Source: Hydrolagus colliei
Taxonomy: Eukaryota
Length of the DNA stretch: 64,000 bases
Direction: 5' to 3'
NCBI GenBank assembly: GCA_035084275.1
Contig: CM068747.1
Coordinates: 8,866,001-8,930,000, forward strand
The notes below the pieces were generated by a model that saw only the letters and a list, made by a program, of their open reading frames with translations, searched no databases and was not told where the DNA came from. The position numbers were made by a program, and so were the translations under genes. Within the stretch, counting starts at the first letter, position 1. Each line of letters opens with the position of its first letter. Shown here piece after piece: positions 22,201 through 35,145 of the stretch.

Positions 22201-25200
22201 TTGGATGTCCACTTGAACACTTAATAAATAATATAAATAATATTGTCATTCATTCCATGACTGTCTGTGGGATACTTCTATGTGCAATTGGCTGTCATGT
22301 TTTGCCCACAAATATATGGTCAGTACACTTTAAAGTATATTCTGCGAAGCAGTTTGAGATATCTCAACAATGTGATAAGCCACTGTATTAAATATAAGAA
22401 TAATTATCAGAAAGATAATGTGTTAATGCTGGAGTAACGGTAATTCTATCACAATGTATAGTGTAAATATTGATGTTTAGTTACAGCACTTCAAAGATGT
22501 ATGCGCTTTAACTAAACATCACTCACACTGTGTTGAGTGATCATTTTAATATTTCGAAAGATTTTGTTTCCTAGAGTTTAGCTGGTTGGAGCCTGAATCA
22601 AAAAGCAACAAAATTTGACCTGGCTTTGATTATTTCCTTCTGCACTTTAACAGGAAGAGGTAGTTGAGCTGGAGTACGTGGAGCGATATGCTGCTCCCCA
22701 ACCACAGGAGTGCATATTCCATGATGACTGGGTCAGTGCTGTGGTGGCAGAAGGAGAATGGTGAGACCCGAAGGGCTGCTGAATTACTTTGGGTAATTGG
22801 TATCAAGCGGTGGGCTCATGGCTTATTTCTCCTCCCAATCGTCAAGTTAAATGTTTCTGGATCCTAGTTAAACGTTAATTTTCCACTTTCAAGATTATGT
22901 TCCTCACATTCAAAGCCCTACACGGCTCCGCCCACCCTACATCTGTGACCTCCTAACTCCTTACCAACCTCCCCGCCCCCTCTGCTCAACGAACTGCGGC
23001 TTGCTCCACGTCACCTGACCCACTCGCCCTACCATTGCCAGGCAAGCCTTCAGCCACTCTGCCCCCAACCTCTCAGCATCTTGGAACGTCCTCCTGATGT
23101 GAAAGGCACTCTAAATGTAATTTTGTTATTGTGGTTGATGTTGTTGGAACTCCATCCCATAGTCCTTCTGCCTCGCTCCCTCCCTGGCCTCCTTCAAGAC
23201 CTGCCTAAAGACCCTCCTCTTTGATTTTCCCATCGGTCACCCCAAATCCCTCCCTTTGCCTCTACTCTTCCCGTCCCCAACACAGCTCGGTCTGAAACAA
23301 TGATTGTCCAGGACCCTGGGACGTCCTCCTAATGGGAAAGGCATTATACACGTGTAATTTTCTTGTTATTTAAGAATAAAAGGCCTTAGGTCCCTATGTT
23401 TGACCTATGCTCTTACCCGATCAAATAAGATGGTGGACTGTTCTGAAAAAGCACTGTCTGATCCTATTATAATGCAATTGTTTGGCTTTTTAAAAAGAGA
23501 TGCTGTGTTATAAGCAAGGACTGTGTGTAGGACATCCTCCTGCAGTGATGGGAGCTGGATATATACATGTCCTCATTTGTGGTATAGACTCTTATCAAGC
23601 TGGGACTCAGCAAAACCTATTGTGCCCATAAAGCCATCCAGTCAGTGTCAGAATGGACTGCGCATTCGAGGAACTTAGGAACGGGTATGTCATTCAACCC
23701 CTTGAGCCTGTTCCGCCATTCTATAAGATCATGGCTGATCTGTATATCAACTCTTAATTACCTGCCTTTGCCCCACATCCCTTAATACCCTGACCTAACA
23801 AATATCTGCCCACCTCAGTTTCAAAATTTTAATGGATCCAGCATCCACAGCCATTTGGATTCATTTGTTATATACATTTTATATATTTTGTGTATATACA
23901 GACCTGAAGTATACTATAATGGGACCAATTGTTGTCACTTCTAGAGGCGGACATTATTGGAATCAAGTTGCCAATCTGTCTATATTTAGATTTGTTTTAA
24001 TTTCCCATCTGTTGAAACAATTTAAACATTTTAATTTCTGTCCTCGCAGGATTCTCACCGGTTCGTATGATAAAACGGCCCGGATTTGGTCTATGGATGG
24101 CCGGCCACTCATGGCTGTTGTTGGGCACAATGAAGTAGTAAAAGATGTAGCTTGGATCAAGAAAGGTGAGTAATCTGTCAGATATACCTACAGTACACCA
24201 TGAAAACAGAACATTTGTAGAGTCCCATAGCATAGTGGTTACCGCATTTGTCTTGCCAGGAAGCAGACCCGGGTCCAATTCTGCGGCAAAGCCTTAGGTA
24301 AGTTTCCTCACTTCACTTGCCTCTGTTTACCTAATAGCATGTAGGAACCCAGTTGTTTGCCAGTTGATGGAATGCTTTTCGGGATAATAATCCCTCCAAA
24401 AAAATTGGACACTCAATCCAAATGGGACACTGCTGTGCCCAATTGGTAGCTGGGTTTGGCCCACAAAATGTACAGTCAATGCACTTTACAATATATATTG
24501 GAGGAACGATAATTGGAGGTCGAACTTGACACCTAAGTTGTGTAACGGGTTCAGAGAGTTTTAGGGGTGTGTCGGGTAGGTGGAGGAGGTGAGAGCCATG
24601 GGATTGAAGATGTCGACGAGAGCCAAAGAGTATGGCTTCTGTCTTGTCAACATTGAGCTGAAGGAAATTCGCGCTCATCCAGCTCTTGATGTCTGACAGG
24701 CAAGCTGACAGGATATCAGGGGACTGGGGATCGCAAATTGAGGTGGAAAAATAGAGTTGGGTGTCATCCGCGTACATATGGAAGTGTATTCCATGTCTGC
24801 GTATGACATCACCAAGAGGGAGCATGTAAATGAGAAGAGAAGTACTAGCGCCCAGCATATATTTGGCTGATATGTTGTGTAAATTACTTTATTACAGAAC
24901 AAAGCATTTTTCTGTTACATTGCAGCCCCTCTATACAGTGTCTGCGAGTTCAGCATACAATATACAACACACTTCTGTTACTGACTGGCTGGCTGCCCAG
25001 GCAGATGGGATCTCGGTTATCATTTAGGATGGCATGTTGTAAAAGATCCCAAGGCAATATTTGAAAAGTGAATGTGTCCTTGCCAACAATCACCCAGTTA
25101 AAATTGGTCATTCACTTCATGGGTATTTGTGGGGCATTGCTGTGTGAAAATTGGCTGCTGCCTTCACCTGCAAATATTCAGTCACTACATTTCACAATAA

Positions 25201-28200
25201 AGCCCTCTAAAGCAACTTGAGACATCTTGACTTTGCGACGATTATTACTATGAAACGGGGGAAAAAAGCTTACCAGATTGTTCATTGCATTGACCATTCA
25301 GATATACATAGTAAAGCAAAATTCTGTAAAGAAAGTGATGCTCCTTTGAGTGATTCAGTTTGTAAGGCTTTTGCATCTTTTCCTTCTGTTAGATGGAGCC
25401 TCCAATTTGCTACTCAGTGCCTCCCAGGACCAGACCGTTATTATGTGGGAGTGGAACTGTGAAAAGAATAAACTAAAAGCCTTGCATTCCTGTCGCGGAC
25501 ACGCTGGGAGCGTTGATTCAGTCTCTGTGGACGGTACGAGGACCAAAGTAAGTCATGCCGTTGTGAGATATTAACTGTCCAGTTTGGGGCCACCTCAGTC
25601 TAGCGCGTATCTCTGGGTTGGTATTCCTAAGGTGTTTTAAGGCCATGCAGATTGGGAATTGGCCAGGCAGATTGGAAAAAAAACATTAAATTGGTCACCT
25701 CAATTCACGACTGTTTGTGGGACACTGCTGTGCGCAATTGGCTGCCACATTTCTCCCACAAATATTCACTTTAGTCAATTCACTTTACTGTATATTCTGA
25801 AGAATATACAGTTAAGATCCTGTGAAGCTTTGAGAAGTTTCGATGTAATAAGGTGCAAAAGGATTATTATAATTTTCCCACAAAATATACAGTCAATTAA
25901 CTTTACAATATATTCTGGTAAGCGCTTTGAGACGTCTCAACAATGTGTATAAGGCACTAGGTCAAATGCAATGATTATTATATCATCATAATTTGTGGTC
26001 ACCCAAAGCCTTTGTTCTTGGTATATAGCCTTGGTGGTTTTGTTATTAATCATGGTTATAAAAAATGGTCTACATTTCATGGATTTGTATTGTTAAATCT
26101 TCTGCTTAGTTTTGCAGTGGCTCCTGGGACAAGATGATAAAGATTTGGTCAGCAGGTAATGCAGAACTTTGATTTGATATTTTTCTAGATGTATTAATTT
26201 GGTAGCCAGTTTTCTATGGGTTCCTTTAAGATTGTATTGAAATTTTCTAGACCCCTTTGAATATCTTAGATCAAAGCACTACTACAAGCAAGATAATAAT
26301 CAAGGACCAGCCATCTTAAGATATGTTACATGTTATGAGGATTGTTTGTAGGATCTCAGTGCAGACTGCCATGTAGACCAACTATTTCCACTTGTGTCTA
26401 AAGGAACCATTTACCATAAACTGGCTGTGAAGGCAGCTGGGTAAACTATTGTTTGCCTTTTACATCAGCAGTTCTCAACCAGGGGTACATGTACTCCAGG
26501 AGGTACAAAATTACTTCCAGGGGGTACAGGTAGCGGTTCATTGATATATTTAGCTCTCTTATTGAGCATTTTATAACCTTCCAAATTGTATATTTAATTG
26601 TTATTCCCCTCATTTTATATGTACTACTTATTTTGTTATATAAGAAAAGCTCGGTCATAAAATGTAAGTGGAATGAGGGGGGTGGTGTGTGTATGTGGTT
26701 GGGTGGGGGTACACGATAATATTGAAAATTAACAAGGGGTACATTACTGAAAAAAGTTGAGAAACACTGCTCTACATCAATGCTGTGCTCATGCAACCTG
26801 TGTTGACCATTCATCCCTCTCTTAATTTATAATAATCCTATAAATAATAATCCTTATACGTCCTTGGTACACGTCAGGATACACTGTAAAATGTAAATTT
26901 GTGTTTTGTAGTGGACAAAGCAGCTAATTTACTCACAGTAATGTCCCATAAACAGCCATGAAATGATTGAACAATTTTTATTTGGGGTTTTGTCCAGGAC
27001 ACCGAGAGAAACCTCCCTTTTCTTTTGAATAGTGCTATGGAGTCTTTAACATCAACCTGATCAGGAAGACAGAATCTTGATTTATATCTCATCTGATGTA
27101 AATAACCTCCCGACAGTACTACACCTGTTCAGCTGGACTTCAAAGATTCTATAGCATTAATCGAAGAAAAGGGACTTCTGCATTAGAGTGTAAGCTTAGA
27201 TTGTATGAGTTCCAAATGATAACTGAGCCACACTAATGCACTGTACTTCACTGTGGCACGGCCTACAGTTAGGAAATTGCTCCCTGCGTGCCTAAAACCT
27301 GCATTGTGCTACTGTGCCTCCTTTGCTTTGTAAGATTTGCCTGAATTCTCTTCGAAATCTGCTAGTTCCCAGTGAAGAAGAAGAAATGATAGAGGAAACC
27401 GAGTGCAGACCAAAGAAAAAGCAGAAGATTGACCAACCAGGTTTAACAAGAGTAAGTCAATACTTTATATAAAAACACAAATCTTCCATACAATTTTGTT
27501 GTTATATATTAAAAATTTGCATTTATAAAGGAGGTCCTTTCATGTCAGGAGGACATCACACAGCCTTAACAGTTTAGGCTTAACATCCAAGCTGGGGGTG
27601 AGAGTCAAAAGGTTGGGGAGGGGAGAGATGATCAAAAGCATGGTCTTAAGATGAACCTGAATAAAGTGAGGGAGGGAGGCTAATCAGTGGGACTGGGTGG
27701 GGTGTGGGCAGATAGCTGAAAGCCCGATTTTTCATTGTGAAATGGGTTTGGCTGGGACATGAAGCACACCAGTGCCCGCTCAGCAAAGGGAGTGGTTAGG
27801 TTGGTATGTATCTTGCTAGATGGCCTCTATCACCAGTTTAACTTAGATGTACTTTTTCCAGACTCCTAAAATGACAATGTCAGGCCACAGCGAGGCTGTT
27901 TCTGCTGTCTTGTGGTCTGATACTGATGAGGTCTGCAGTGCCTCTTGGGATCACACAATACGGATCTGGGATGCTGAGACTGGGGTCCATAAATCCACAC
28001 TGGTGAGTCAGTGTCTTTTACCTAATGGCTTCAATTGAGTGGAGCCAGTTTTCTCTTTCATTTGCCTCCTTAACCCTATTCATTCACACCCAAAATAACT
28101 GGTCTTTCCAAATTGAGAATCAAACATATATAAGTTATAAGTTTAAATTGTTGTTGAGAATGCTGTGCAGAAATGTGCATCCTTTCAATCTGTAGTCTAA

Positions 28201-31200
28201 GGACTCACCCTGACAATTTTGTTCGGTGCCACAACATTCACAGACGTTCGGGTAAAGGTGGCTCTTCGGCTCATTTGATCTCATTCTTCCAGAATACCCA
28301 ACTTACCCGTCTCATATCACAACATTTTGCTGTTTCTTACATCTCTGGCTTCCTGGCCTTAACCTTCCTGGTAACTCCATTCTAGATGTTAAGTACCCTC
28401 TGGGTAAACAAATACTACCTGGTGTCTGTCCTGAACCTGTCCTTTTACAATCCTAAATCTGAGCCCTATTCTGATGCTTTGGCGTATATGAAAGTTTCCC
28501 TCGGGAAAGCAGAGTGCATCAGTATACACTCTGGGTTCCACAATCCTTCGCTTTTGGCAACCTGTACCGAAACTCTCCCGGATTAGGCAGTTTACCATAC
28601 ATACTTGGGTTGTGCATACTGTCCTCAGTTTGTACACTCTTAAGCAATATCCTGAGTTTCTGCATGTGTTTCTGCACCCAGGTAACCAAAAAAAACTTCA
28701 AGATTGGACATTACGTTTGTCATCTTGTACTTTCTGAAATGAGAGCTTGCTGGTTTCTTTCTTCAATTCTGTACTTTCTCCTTCACAGACTGGAAATAAG
28801 GTGTTTGATTGCCTCGCTTACTCTCCATTGTGCAAAAGGCTAGTCTCAGGCAGCACAGACAGACACATAAGATTGTGGGATCCGCGCTCAAAAGGTAAAC
28901 GTTTGTGCAGTGCTTCCTGCAAGGTACTGTTCCTGTAATCATCTCAGCTCTACGTATCTAATCCCTATAACGACCTTGTAACCCTTACCATCACAGAGAG
29001 TAGAGTTGAGATACAGATCAAATATGAATGGTGGAACAGGTTCAAGGGGCTAAATGTCCCACTTCTGTTCCTGTGTATCTCCATTCTACATATCCAAACT
29101 TTGATCTTAAAAATACATTCAAAAAGGGGTATAATCTACCCTTTTTCTAAGTGCCAATGTTTCCAGCTAAGATTGAGTGTAGTCACATTTTGGTTGTGTG
29201 CTAGAACAGGCCCAGATAACCTCTTTCCTATTTATTTCTCCTGTCACAAGATGACTGATAAACAGTTTGCTCTTAAGGGGACTTTTATGTTTTGTTACCG
29301 TCACAAAATAGGGGAGGATTGGTCTCTCATACATCCAGCAGATAATCGAGTTCAAAACCGTTGTTCTCACCTTCAAAGACCTCCTTAACCCCATGTCACC
29401 CTGTCCGTTCCCTCGGCTCAGTGAACACCTGCTCCAGTTCCCCCGCACTAAGCACCCCACCATTGTTGATTGGGCATTCGGCATCCACCCTATTAATGAT
29501 ATTCCGCGATCCTTCCACCTCGCACCACTCTCTTGCCTCCTTCAGGTTCCATCTAAACACATTCCTCTTCGACCAAAACCCCTGATTGTCCAGCACCATG
29601 GGACATCTTTCCAATGTGAAGGGCCCTATACAAGTGTAACTTGTTGACCTGACCTTTGGCACTCAGGTAGCAGACTCCTAACTGCTCGTAGTCCTGTAGC
29701 TCAGTGGTTAGAGCACTCGCCTTACAAGTGTGAGACTTGTGTTTGAATCTAGTCAGGTCAGGGCCAAACCTTGGGCATGTTTCCTTACTCCACATGCCTA
29801 ATAATAATCCCTCCAAAAAATATTGGTCATTTCAAACCACTAATGTTTATAGGACACTTCTGTGCACAATTGGCTGCCGCATTTCGCTCACAAATATACA
29901 GTCAATTCACTTTATAGTATATTCTTTGAAGCGCTTTGAGAGGTCTAGAAGACGTGAAAAGCACTATATCAAATGCAAGAATTATTATCATTATTATTTT
30001 GCATTATCTTTAATATATCGAGTGTTTGTGAAACTAAAGACTAGAGGGCTAACGTTATTCCATTTTCTATCAGATGGATCCTTGGTGCTTCTCACCATGA
30101 CTTCACACAATGGGTGGGTGACCGCGGTCAAATGGTCACCCACCCACGAGTATCAGCTGATTTCAGGTTCTTTTGACAAACTGGTGAAGCTCTGGGACAC
30201 AAGAAGGTACTTGGAGAGGGACATATATCTTACTAACTTCCTTACTCAAACTCTTATGGCTACAACTGCAATTCACAAACAGCACAATAGTGACAGAAAA
30301 TGAAGTTTCAAAGGTTACTTGTACACTGTTGCATTATAGCATACTATCTATCCGTTCCAGCTATACTTGTTTCATTGTTTCAAAACAACATTAAACAAAT
30401 ACAATTTTCCTATAAGAATGAATGTAAAAACTGAAATTAGGTTCTTTTGGACATTTTTTGTCAAAATTTTCTAAAAGAAAACATACTCGCTCTCTGACTG
30501 CCTGCCCGGCTCACTCACTCGCTGCCTGATTGCTGTCCGGCTCACTCACTTGCTGCTGGTCTCACTCGATGCCGACTGGCTCACTCTCTCGCTGCCGGCC
30601 TGGCTCACTCCCAAGTCCTAGCGTCATCATGCCCCCTTTCCACCCTCTGGCGAATAACGTAATAGCGAATGTTGCAACGTTAAATGAATATATGTTCCCA
30701 ATGTATCAGCAACGTAATAACGAAAAAACATTAACCGAGGCGACATTAAATGGGGTCTACCTGTATTTGCATACATATCCTTTTGGGAGAACTCAGCGTG
30801 AGGATTCCTGTTGCTAGGACTTCTATTGGGATGACTCCTTATTGGAAACAGGGGAAGTGAGGGGAATTTTTTTTTATGCAGTGAGTTGTTCGGATCTAGA
30901 ATGCATTGCCTGAAAAGGTGGTGGACGCCAATTCGCTAATAATTTTTAAGAGAGAAGTAAATAATTATTTGGGGAGGACACGTTTGCAGGGCTATTGGGA
31001 GAGAGTGGGGGAGTGGGATTGTTTTGGATAGCTCTTTTCAAAGTGCTGGCACAGACCTGATGGGCCAAATGGCAGTTATTATGAAGTACACCAAGACATT
31101 ATCCTGTGTGAAGGATAAATCCTAATATAAATGCAGTATAAATGCTAATCATTTTTGTAAGTCGATTTGATGGTCTTTTTCTTGCATTTTAGTTGCAAGG

Positions 31201-31868
31201 CTCCTTTATTTGACGTGAATGCACACGAAGACAGAGTACTCTGTGTAGACTGGACAGAGACGGGGGTAAGTGGCCAAGCTGATGCAAAGTTGGCGGTTCG
31301 TGTGCAGAGAGAGAATGATGGGACAGTTGGGGTGGCTGCTCTGGGAAAGCCTCTCCTTAAGCTACGATGGGCATGGTGGAGGATGCCATTGCTTGACGTG
31401 GTTGAATCTATAATATAGATGCATTTACGAGGAAGTCAGTTATACACATAAGGATGTGGAAGCCAGTAAGAAGTGGGTGGATACTCCTGTGAAGTACAAG
31501 CAGCTTCATCGACTGTTTAGGATGAGTGGCCTGTTTCTGTGCTATACAGTACAATCTGTAAATCTATGAATAAGAAAGGCCATTTGTGGTTGAATAAACC
31601 TGGGAGCTGATTTATCAGTCGTGGGAGAAGCTTAGAACCACAACCCCTCCCCCACCCCCCCCCCACTCAAGCTGTGCTCTCAGATTGGGATGGGTGAACA
31701 AGTGGCACAAGGAGATGGTAGGTAACTTATGATTGTTGGGATGAGTGAAGAAAAAACAAAAGTTCAATTCATTTTTCTCATTTCTTTCAGTTGCTGCTGA
31801 GTGGTGGAGCAGACAATAAATTATTCTCATTCAAATACTTGACTCCCAGCTCTGGGGAAGGAGCCTGA
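19175..31868 (+). CDS. WDR12: Ribosome biogenesis protein WDR12 (Ytm1 homologue, PeBoW complex), complete, 13 exons, 423 aa
   Basis: Exons 19175-19215, 20496-20590, 21560-21654, 22654-22760, 24050-24165, 25393-25547, 26110-26155, 27366-27451, 27862-28002, 28789-28894, 30074-30206, 31193-31265, 31791-31868 sum to 1272 nt. The protein has the N-terminal ubiquitin-like region ([14 protein letters not shown]) and WD40 repeats ([50 protein letters not shown]). Confidence 0.97.
19360..19918. repeat. 36-bp minisatellite (VNTR), about 15 copies, WDR12 intron 1
   Basis: Unit ACCATCACCCCCTCCACACACAGCATTAGCCTC(A/T)CT; CAGCATTAGC recurs 15 times at 36-37 bp spacing. Confidence 0.97.
20496..20590 (+). 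CDS. WDR12: WDR12 exon 2
   Basis: atacag|[31 protein letters not shown]|gtgagt. Confidence 0.95.
20804..20936. other. Assembly gap (133 N) in WDR12 intron 2
   Basis: Run of n characters. Confidence 0.99.
21560..21654 (+). CDS. WDR12: WDR12 exon 3
   Basis: ttacag|[31 protein letters not shown]|gtaaat. Confidence 0.96.
22654..22760 (+). CDS. WDR12: WDR12 exon 4
   Basis: taacag|[35 protein letters not shown]|gtgaga. Confidence 0.96.
24050..24165 (+). CDS. WDR12: WDR12 exon 5
   Basis: tcgcag|[38 protein letters not shown]|gtgagt. Confidence 0.96.
24520..24845 (-). mobile_element. L2-clade LINE RT fragment
   Basis: [29 protein letters not shown]...[27 protein letters not shown], containing the YADD motif. 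Confidence 0.92.
25393..25547 (+). CDS. WDR12: WDR12 exon 6
   Basis: tgttag|[51 protein letters not shown]|gtaagt. Confidence 0.96.
26110..26155 (+). CDS. WDR12: WDR12 exon 7
   Basis: gcttag|[15 protein letters not shown]|gtaatg. Confidence 0.95.
26466..26769. mobile_element. Non-autonomous hAT (Charlie-like) MITE in WDR12 intron 7
   Basis: TIRs CAGCAGTTCTCAAC ... GTTGAGAAACACTG, repeated subterminal GGGGTAC, and near-matching 8-bp TSD TTTTACAT/CTCTACAT. Confidence 0.8.
27366..27451 (+). CDS. WDR12: WDR12 exon 8
   Basis: tgctag|[28 protein letters not shown]|gtaagt. Confidence 0.95.
27862..28002 (+). CDS. WDR12: WDR12 exon 9
   Basis: ttccag|[47 protein letters not shown]|gtgagt. Confidence 0.96.
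28789..28894 (+). CDS. WDR12: WDR12 exon 10
   Basis: tcacag|[35 protein letters not shown]|gtaaac. Confidence 0.96.
29688..29998 (+). mobile_element. tRNA-derived SINE, full length
   Basis: GTCCTGTAGCTCAGTGGTTAGAGCACTCGCCTTACAAG...ATCAAATGCAAGAATTATTAT. Confidence 0.9.
30074..30206 (+). CDS. WDR12: WDR12 exon 11
   Basis: tatcag|[43 protein letters not shown]|gtactt. Confidence 0.96.
30860..31085 (+). mobile_element. CR1 LINE 3' fragment
   Basis: [21 protein letters not shown] plus 3'UTR. Other CR1 ends lie near 1126-1280(-), 6075-6190(-), 9240-9355(-), 23670-23860(-), 38410-38620(-) and 40220-40650(-). Confidence 0.85.
31193..31265 (+). CDS. WDR12: WDR12 exon 12
   Basis: ttttag|[24 protein letters not shown]|gtaagt. 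Confidence 0.96.
31791..31868 (+). CDS. WDR12: WDR12 exon 13 (stop)
   Basis: tttcag|[25 protein letters not shown]. Confidence 0.95.
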   Translation: MLLSGGADNKLFSFKYLTPSSGEGA

Positions 31869-32084
31869 TCGATGGGGACAGAAGCTCCTTTTCTCAACAC
31901 ACCATCGGGTGCAACAGAACATTTGATTGGACATTCTTGCCTTCCATTCTTTTCTAAACCACCACACAAATAGAATCCATTTGTCCTCAATGACTGTTCT
32001 GACTTCAGCTCTTATTCTGTCTGCAGACATTCAAGTGTTTTGTTTCTTCATATGTGATTAGTACTGAGACAAATTTGTATAAAA

Positions 32085-32910
32085 CAGCAGCAACAACTTG
32101 CACATATACAGTGCCCTCCACATAGGGTAGTGTCTCAAAGTGCTTAACAATGGCAGAGCCTGACTTCGAACTGGGGTAGGTGGCCATAGGCATGGTTGAA
32201 GAGGAAAGTTTTCAGGCGGGACTTGAAAGAGGGGGTAATGCAGAGGGATTTAGGGAGACTTTCAGAGGTTTGGGGAAAAGTGGCTGAAAGTTAAACTTCG
32301 GATGTTGCGGCAGATGTGCCAGGTGGTGGATTGCGGAGTAAGGAGATCAAAGAGATAGGGGGGTGCCAGGGAGTGAATAGATTTGAACACAAGGTGAGCA
32401 TCTTTGAAGTCGATCCGTTCAGTGATGGGGAGCCAGTAGAACCTGGGCAGAACTGATGAGATGTGGTACGGAGTTTGGTCCAGGTCAGCATGCGGGTAGC
32501 AGAGTTTTGAATGGGATGGATTTTTTGAACGGTGGAGCTGGTGAGTTGAGGGAGACTCCACAGAGTTGAGGGGTTTAGATCCACAGGAGTGAAGACGTTG
32601 ACAGGAGACAAAGTGTATGGCTTCCGTCTTGTCCATGTTCAGCTGCAGAAAGTTTACGTGCATCCAGGCCTTGATGTCTGCCAGACAAGCTGATAGAACA
32701 TCGGTGGACCTGGAGTTGGTACTGGAAGAGGCAAAGTATATTTATGTGTCATCAGCATACATGTAGTTGACTAGAGGGAGCATATAGACAAGGAAAAGGA
32801 AGGAGCTGAGTGGGGACAGGAGGAGAAACCATTTTCTGAGGTGAAATGGAAGCGGTTGGTTAAATAATGGGGTCCTCTATAAAACAATAGAGGTCATAGC
32901 GGCATCAATT
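32085..32910 (-). mobile_element. L2-clade LINE fragment just 3' of WDR12
   Basis: NFLQLNMDKTEAI...YWLPITERIDFK...FKSIHSLAPPYL; (TTG)n-type tail at the left end. Confidence 0.88.
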
Positions 32911-33879
32911 AACATTCATGTTATCTGCAGAGGAGAGAGAGAGTTGGGAGGGCAGCAGAAGAGGGGTGTCTTGAGAATGGCCTTCATGGAGGCAAGGGAG
33001 AAAGTGAGGCGAAGGGACTGTGATGGAGTTCCAGAGTGGGAGCAGAGAGTCTGAAAACCCATCCTCCAATGGCAGGGTGGGTCAGGCGGGGGACATTGAG
33101 CAGACCAGAGCCCCCTGAATGGAGCAGGCAAGGCCGTGGATGGCCTTGAAAGTGAGGACGAGGAAATAGGAATTCGATCCTCTAGGGGATGGAGAGCCAA
33201 TGGAGCCGGATGAGGATGGGAGTGATGTGGTCGTGGAGCTTGGTGCGGTCCCAAGGATCTAATCTCCAAGTAATATACTTCGGCTTCTGAAATCCTTACT
33301 CATTTGATTCTCCTGGACCATCTGTTTCACTGATGGAAAGGCTATCGCCTTGGGCTTGATGGTTGACCCAATCTTAGTTTGATTTTGATAAACTGAAGCA
33401 CAAAGTGGCTTCTGGTTTAATCATGTTCTAGGTATGACAGCTCAAAGTGTTGTCTCTACCTGTGAATGATGACTGAGCCTGCATCTATTGTGCCAGCTGG
33501 TGCTCTCTGGCTACTTTTTGAGCTGGTCCTGGTTGAGCTCACTAGGTGAGGTGATGGTTTGATAACTCTCATAATTGGAGATTAATTGTGTGAAAAATTC
33601 AAAAGAAAAGTGAAAAAGATTGAGCCAATTTAGAATAAAACGGGCAAGTGTTCTAAAGAAAGTGAAACTCAATGTGCACCGTTTGTAACAGGCTTTGCCA
33701 ATCCAGCTGACACAGGTGCTGGTTTATATCAGTCACTAACTTCAGAAAAAAAACATGGATTTCCTAGTCTTTGGTGGTGTATCTTGGAACATTTTTTATG
33801 CTTGCAATACCTATTTCCAGCATTTTCTGAAGGGTTTAACCAGGTAGTTGTACCAACTTAACTAGGAAGAGACCTTGAA

Positions 33880-35145
33880 ACCTCAGTAGAGAGAAATCTC
33901 CACTCCTTACGTGAACCCCCTGTCTGGTTTTCACCCTGCCCACAGCACCAAGGCAGCGCTCATCAAAGTATCAAATGATGTTCTCTCTGTGTGACTAGGG
34001 CTTTCTCTGCCTCCTCATTCTCCTGGACCCCTCTGCTACATTCGACACAGTTGACCACACCATCCACCACTGCCTCCTTTGTGGGAATATACTTACATAG
34101 TTCAAGTCCTACTTGAACTATGTAAGTATATTCCCACAAGTCCTACTTGAACTATGTAAGTATATTCCCACAAAGGAGGCAGTGGTGGATGGTGTGGTCA
34201 ACTGTATAATATATATTATACATAGTTAAATAGTTCAAGTCCTACTTGAACTATTTAACTATGTATAATATATATAGAATTATATATATTGCCCTACTAT
34301 ATTATGTGAAGCACTTTTGAGGTGGCATGAAAGGCACTATACAAATGTAATTTTGTTGTTGTTTAGAAGATGTGAAAAGTCCTTTATCAAATAATAATAA
34401 TATTGTTATTGTTACTATTATTACTATTCCTCCAATAGTTTTTTCTCTCACCCCCGCTGGTTACCTGCGGAGTACCCCAAAGCTGCATCTTTGTCCCCCT
34501 TTTCCTCAATTACATGCTCCCTCTTGGCACAGTTATCTGCAAACATGGGGTCAACCTCCATGTGCATGTGGATGGCACCCAAATCTATTTTTCTAGCTGT
34601 AACTCCCAGACCACTGATGTTCTGTCAGCTTGTTTGACAGACATGAAGGCCTAGATGAGCGCAAATTACCTGCAGCTGAATGTTGACAAGATGGAAGCCA
34701 TACTCTGGTTCCTGTCAACTTCACTCTGGGTCTGAACTCAATCTTCCCAGTTCTCCCTCAGACTCTCCCAAATCGTGCACACCTTAGGTGTCAGGTTCAA
34801 TCCCCAGCTTTCCTTTTTACCACACATCTGTTCTCTGAATAGGACTGCTTTTTTCTACCTTCGCCAAATTGCCTGCCTCTACATACCTCACAACCAATGC
34901 AGTTGAAAACCTCGTCGATTCATTCAGAACTTCCAAGCTGGATTATTCTAATGCCCTCCTCGTTGGTCTCCCCAGCTCCACTGTTCACAAAATATAATTA
35001 CCTGTACAGTAATTAAAAATTCTGCTACCCATTTATTCACCCACATGAAACTCTGTATCTCCTGGCTCATTGTCAGATATTGCCACTGTGAAGCGCTCCA
35101 GGGTACTACCTTGCATGAAGGGTGCTATGCAAATGCAAGTTGTTA
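33880..35145 (+). mobile_element. L2-clade LINE fragment interrupted by a palindromic rearrangement and SINE tails
   Basis: Degenerate SGFHPAHSTKAALIKV..LLILLDPSATFDTVDH at 33.9-34.06 kb resumes at about 34440 (GVPQ-like, NYLQLNVDKMEAI) and runs to the tail at about 35140. Confidence 0.8.
34047..34275. repeat. Nested perfect inverted repeats (61-bp and 32-bp stems) with an internal 34-bp duplication
   Basis: 34047-34107 is the exact reverse complement of 34145-34205, and 34209-34240 is the exact reverse complement of 34244-34275. Confidence 0.95.

Noticed and set aside
29737-30303. 188-aa ORF as a separate gene
   Set aside because: It is a SINE read through by chance into WDR12 exon 11.
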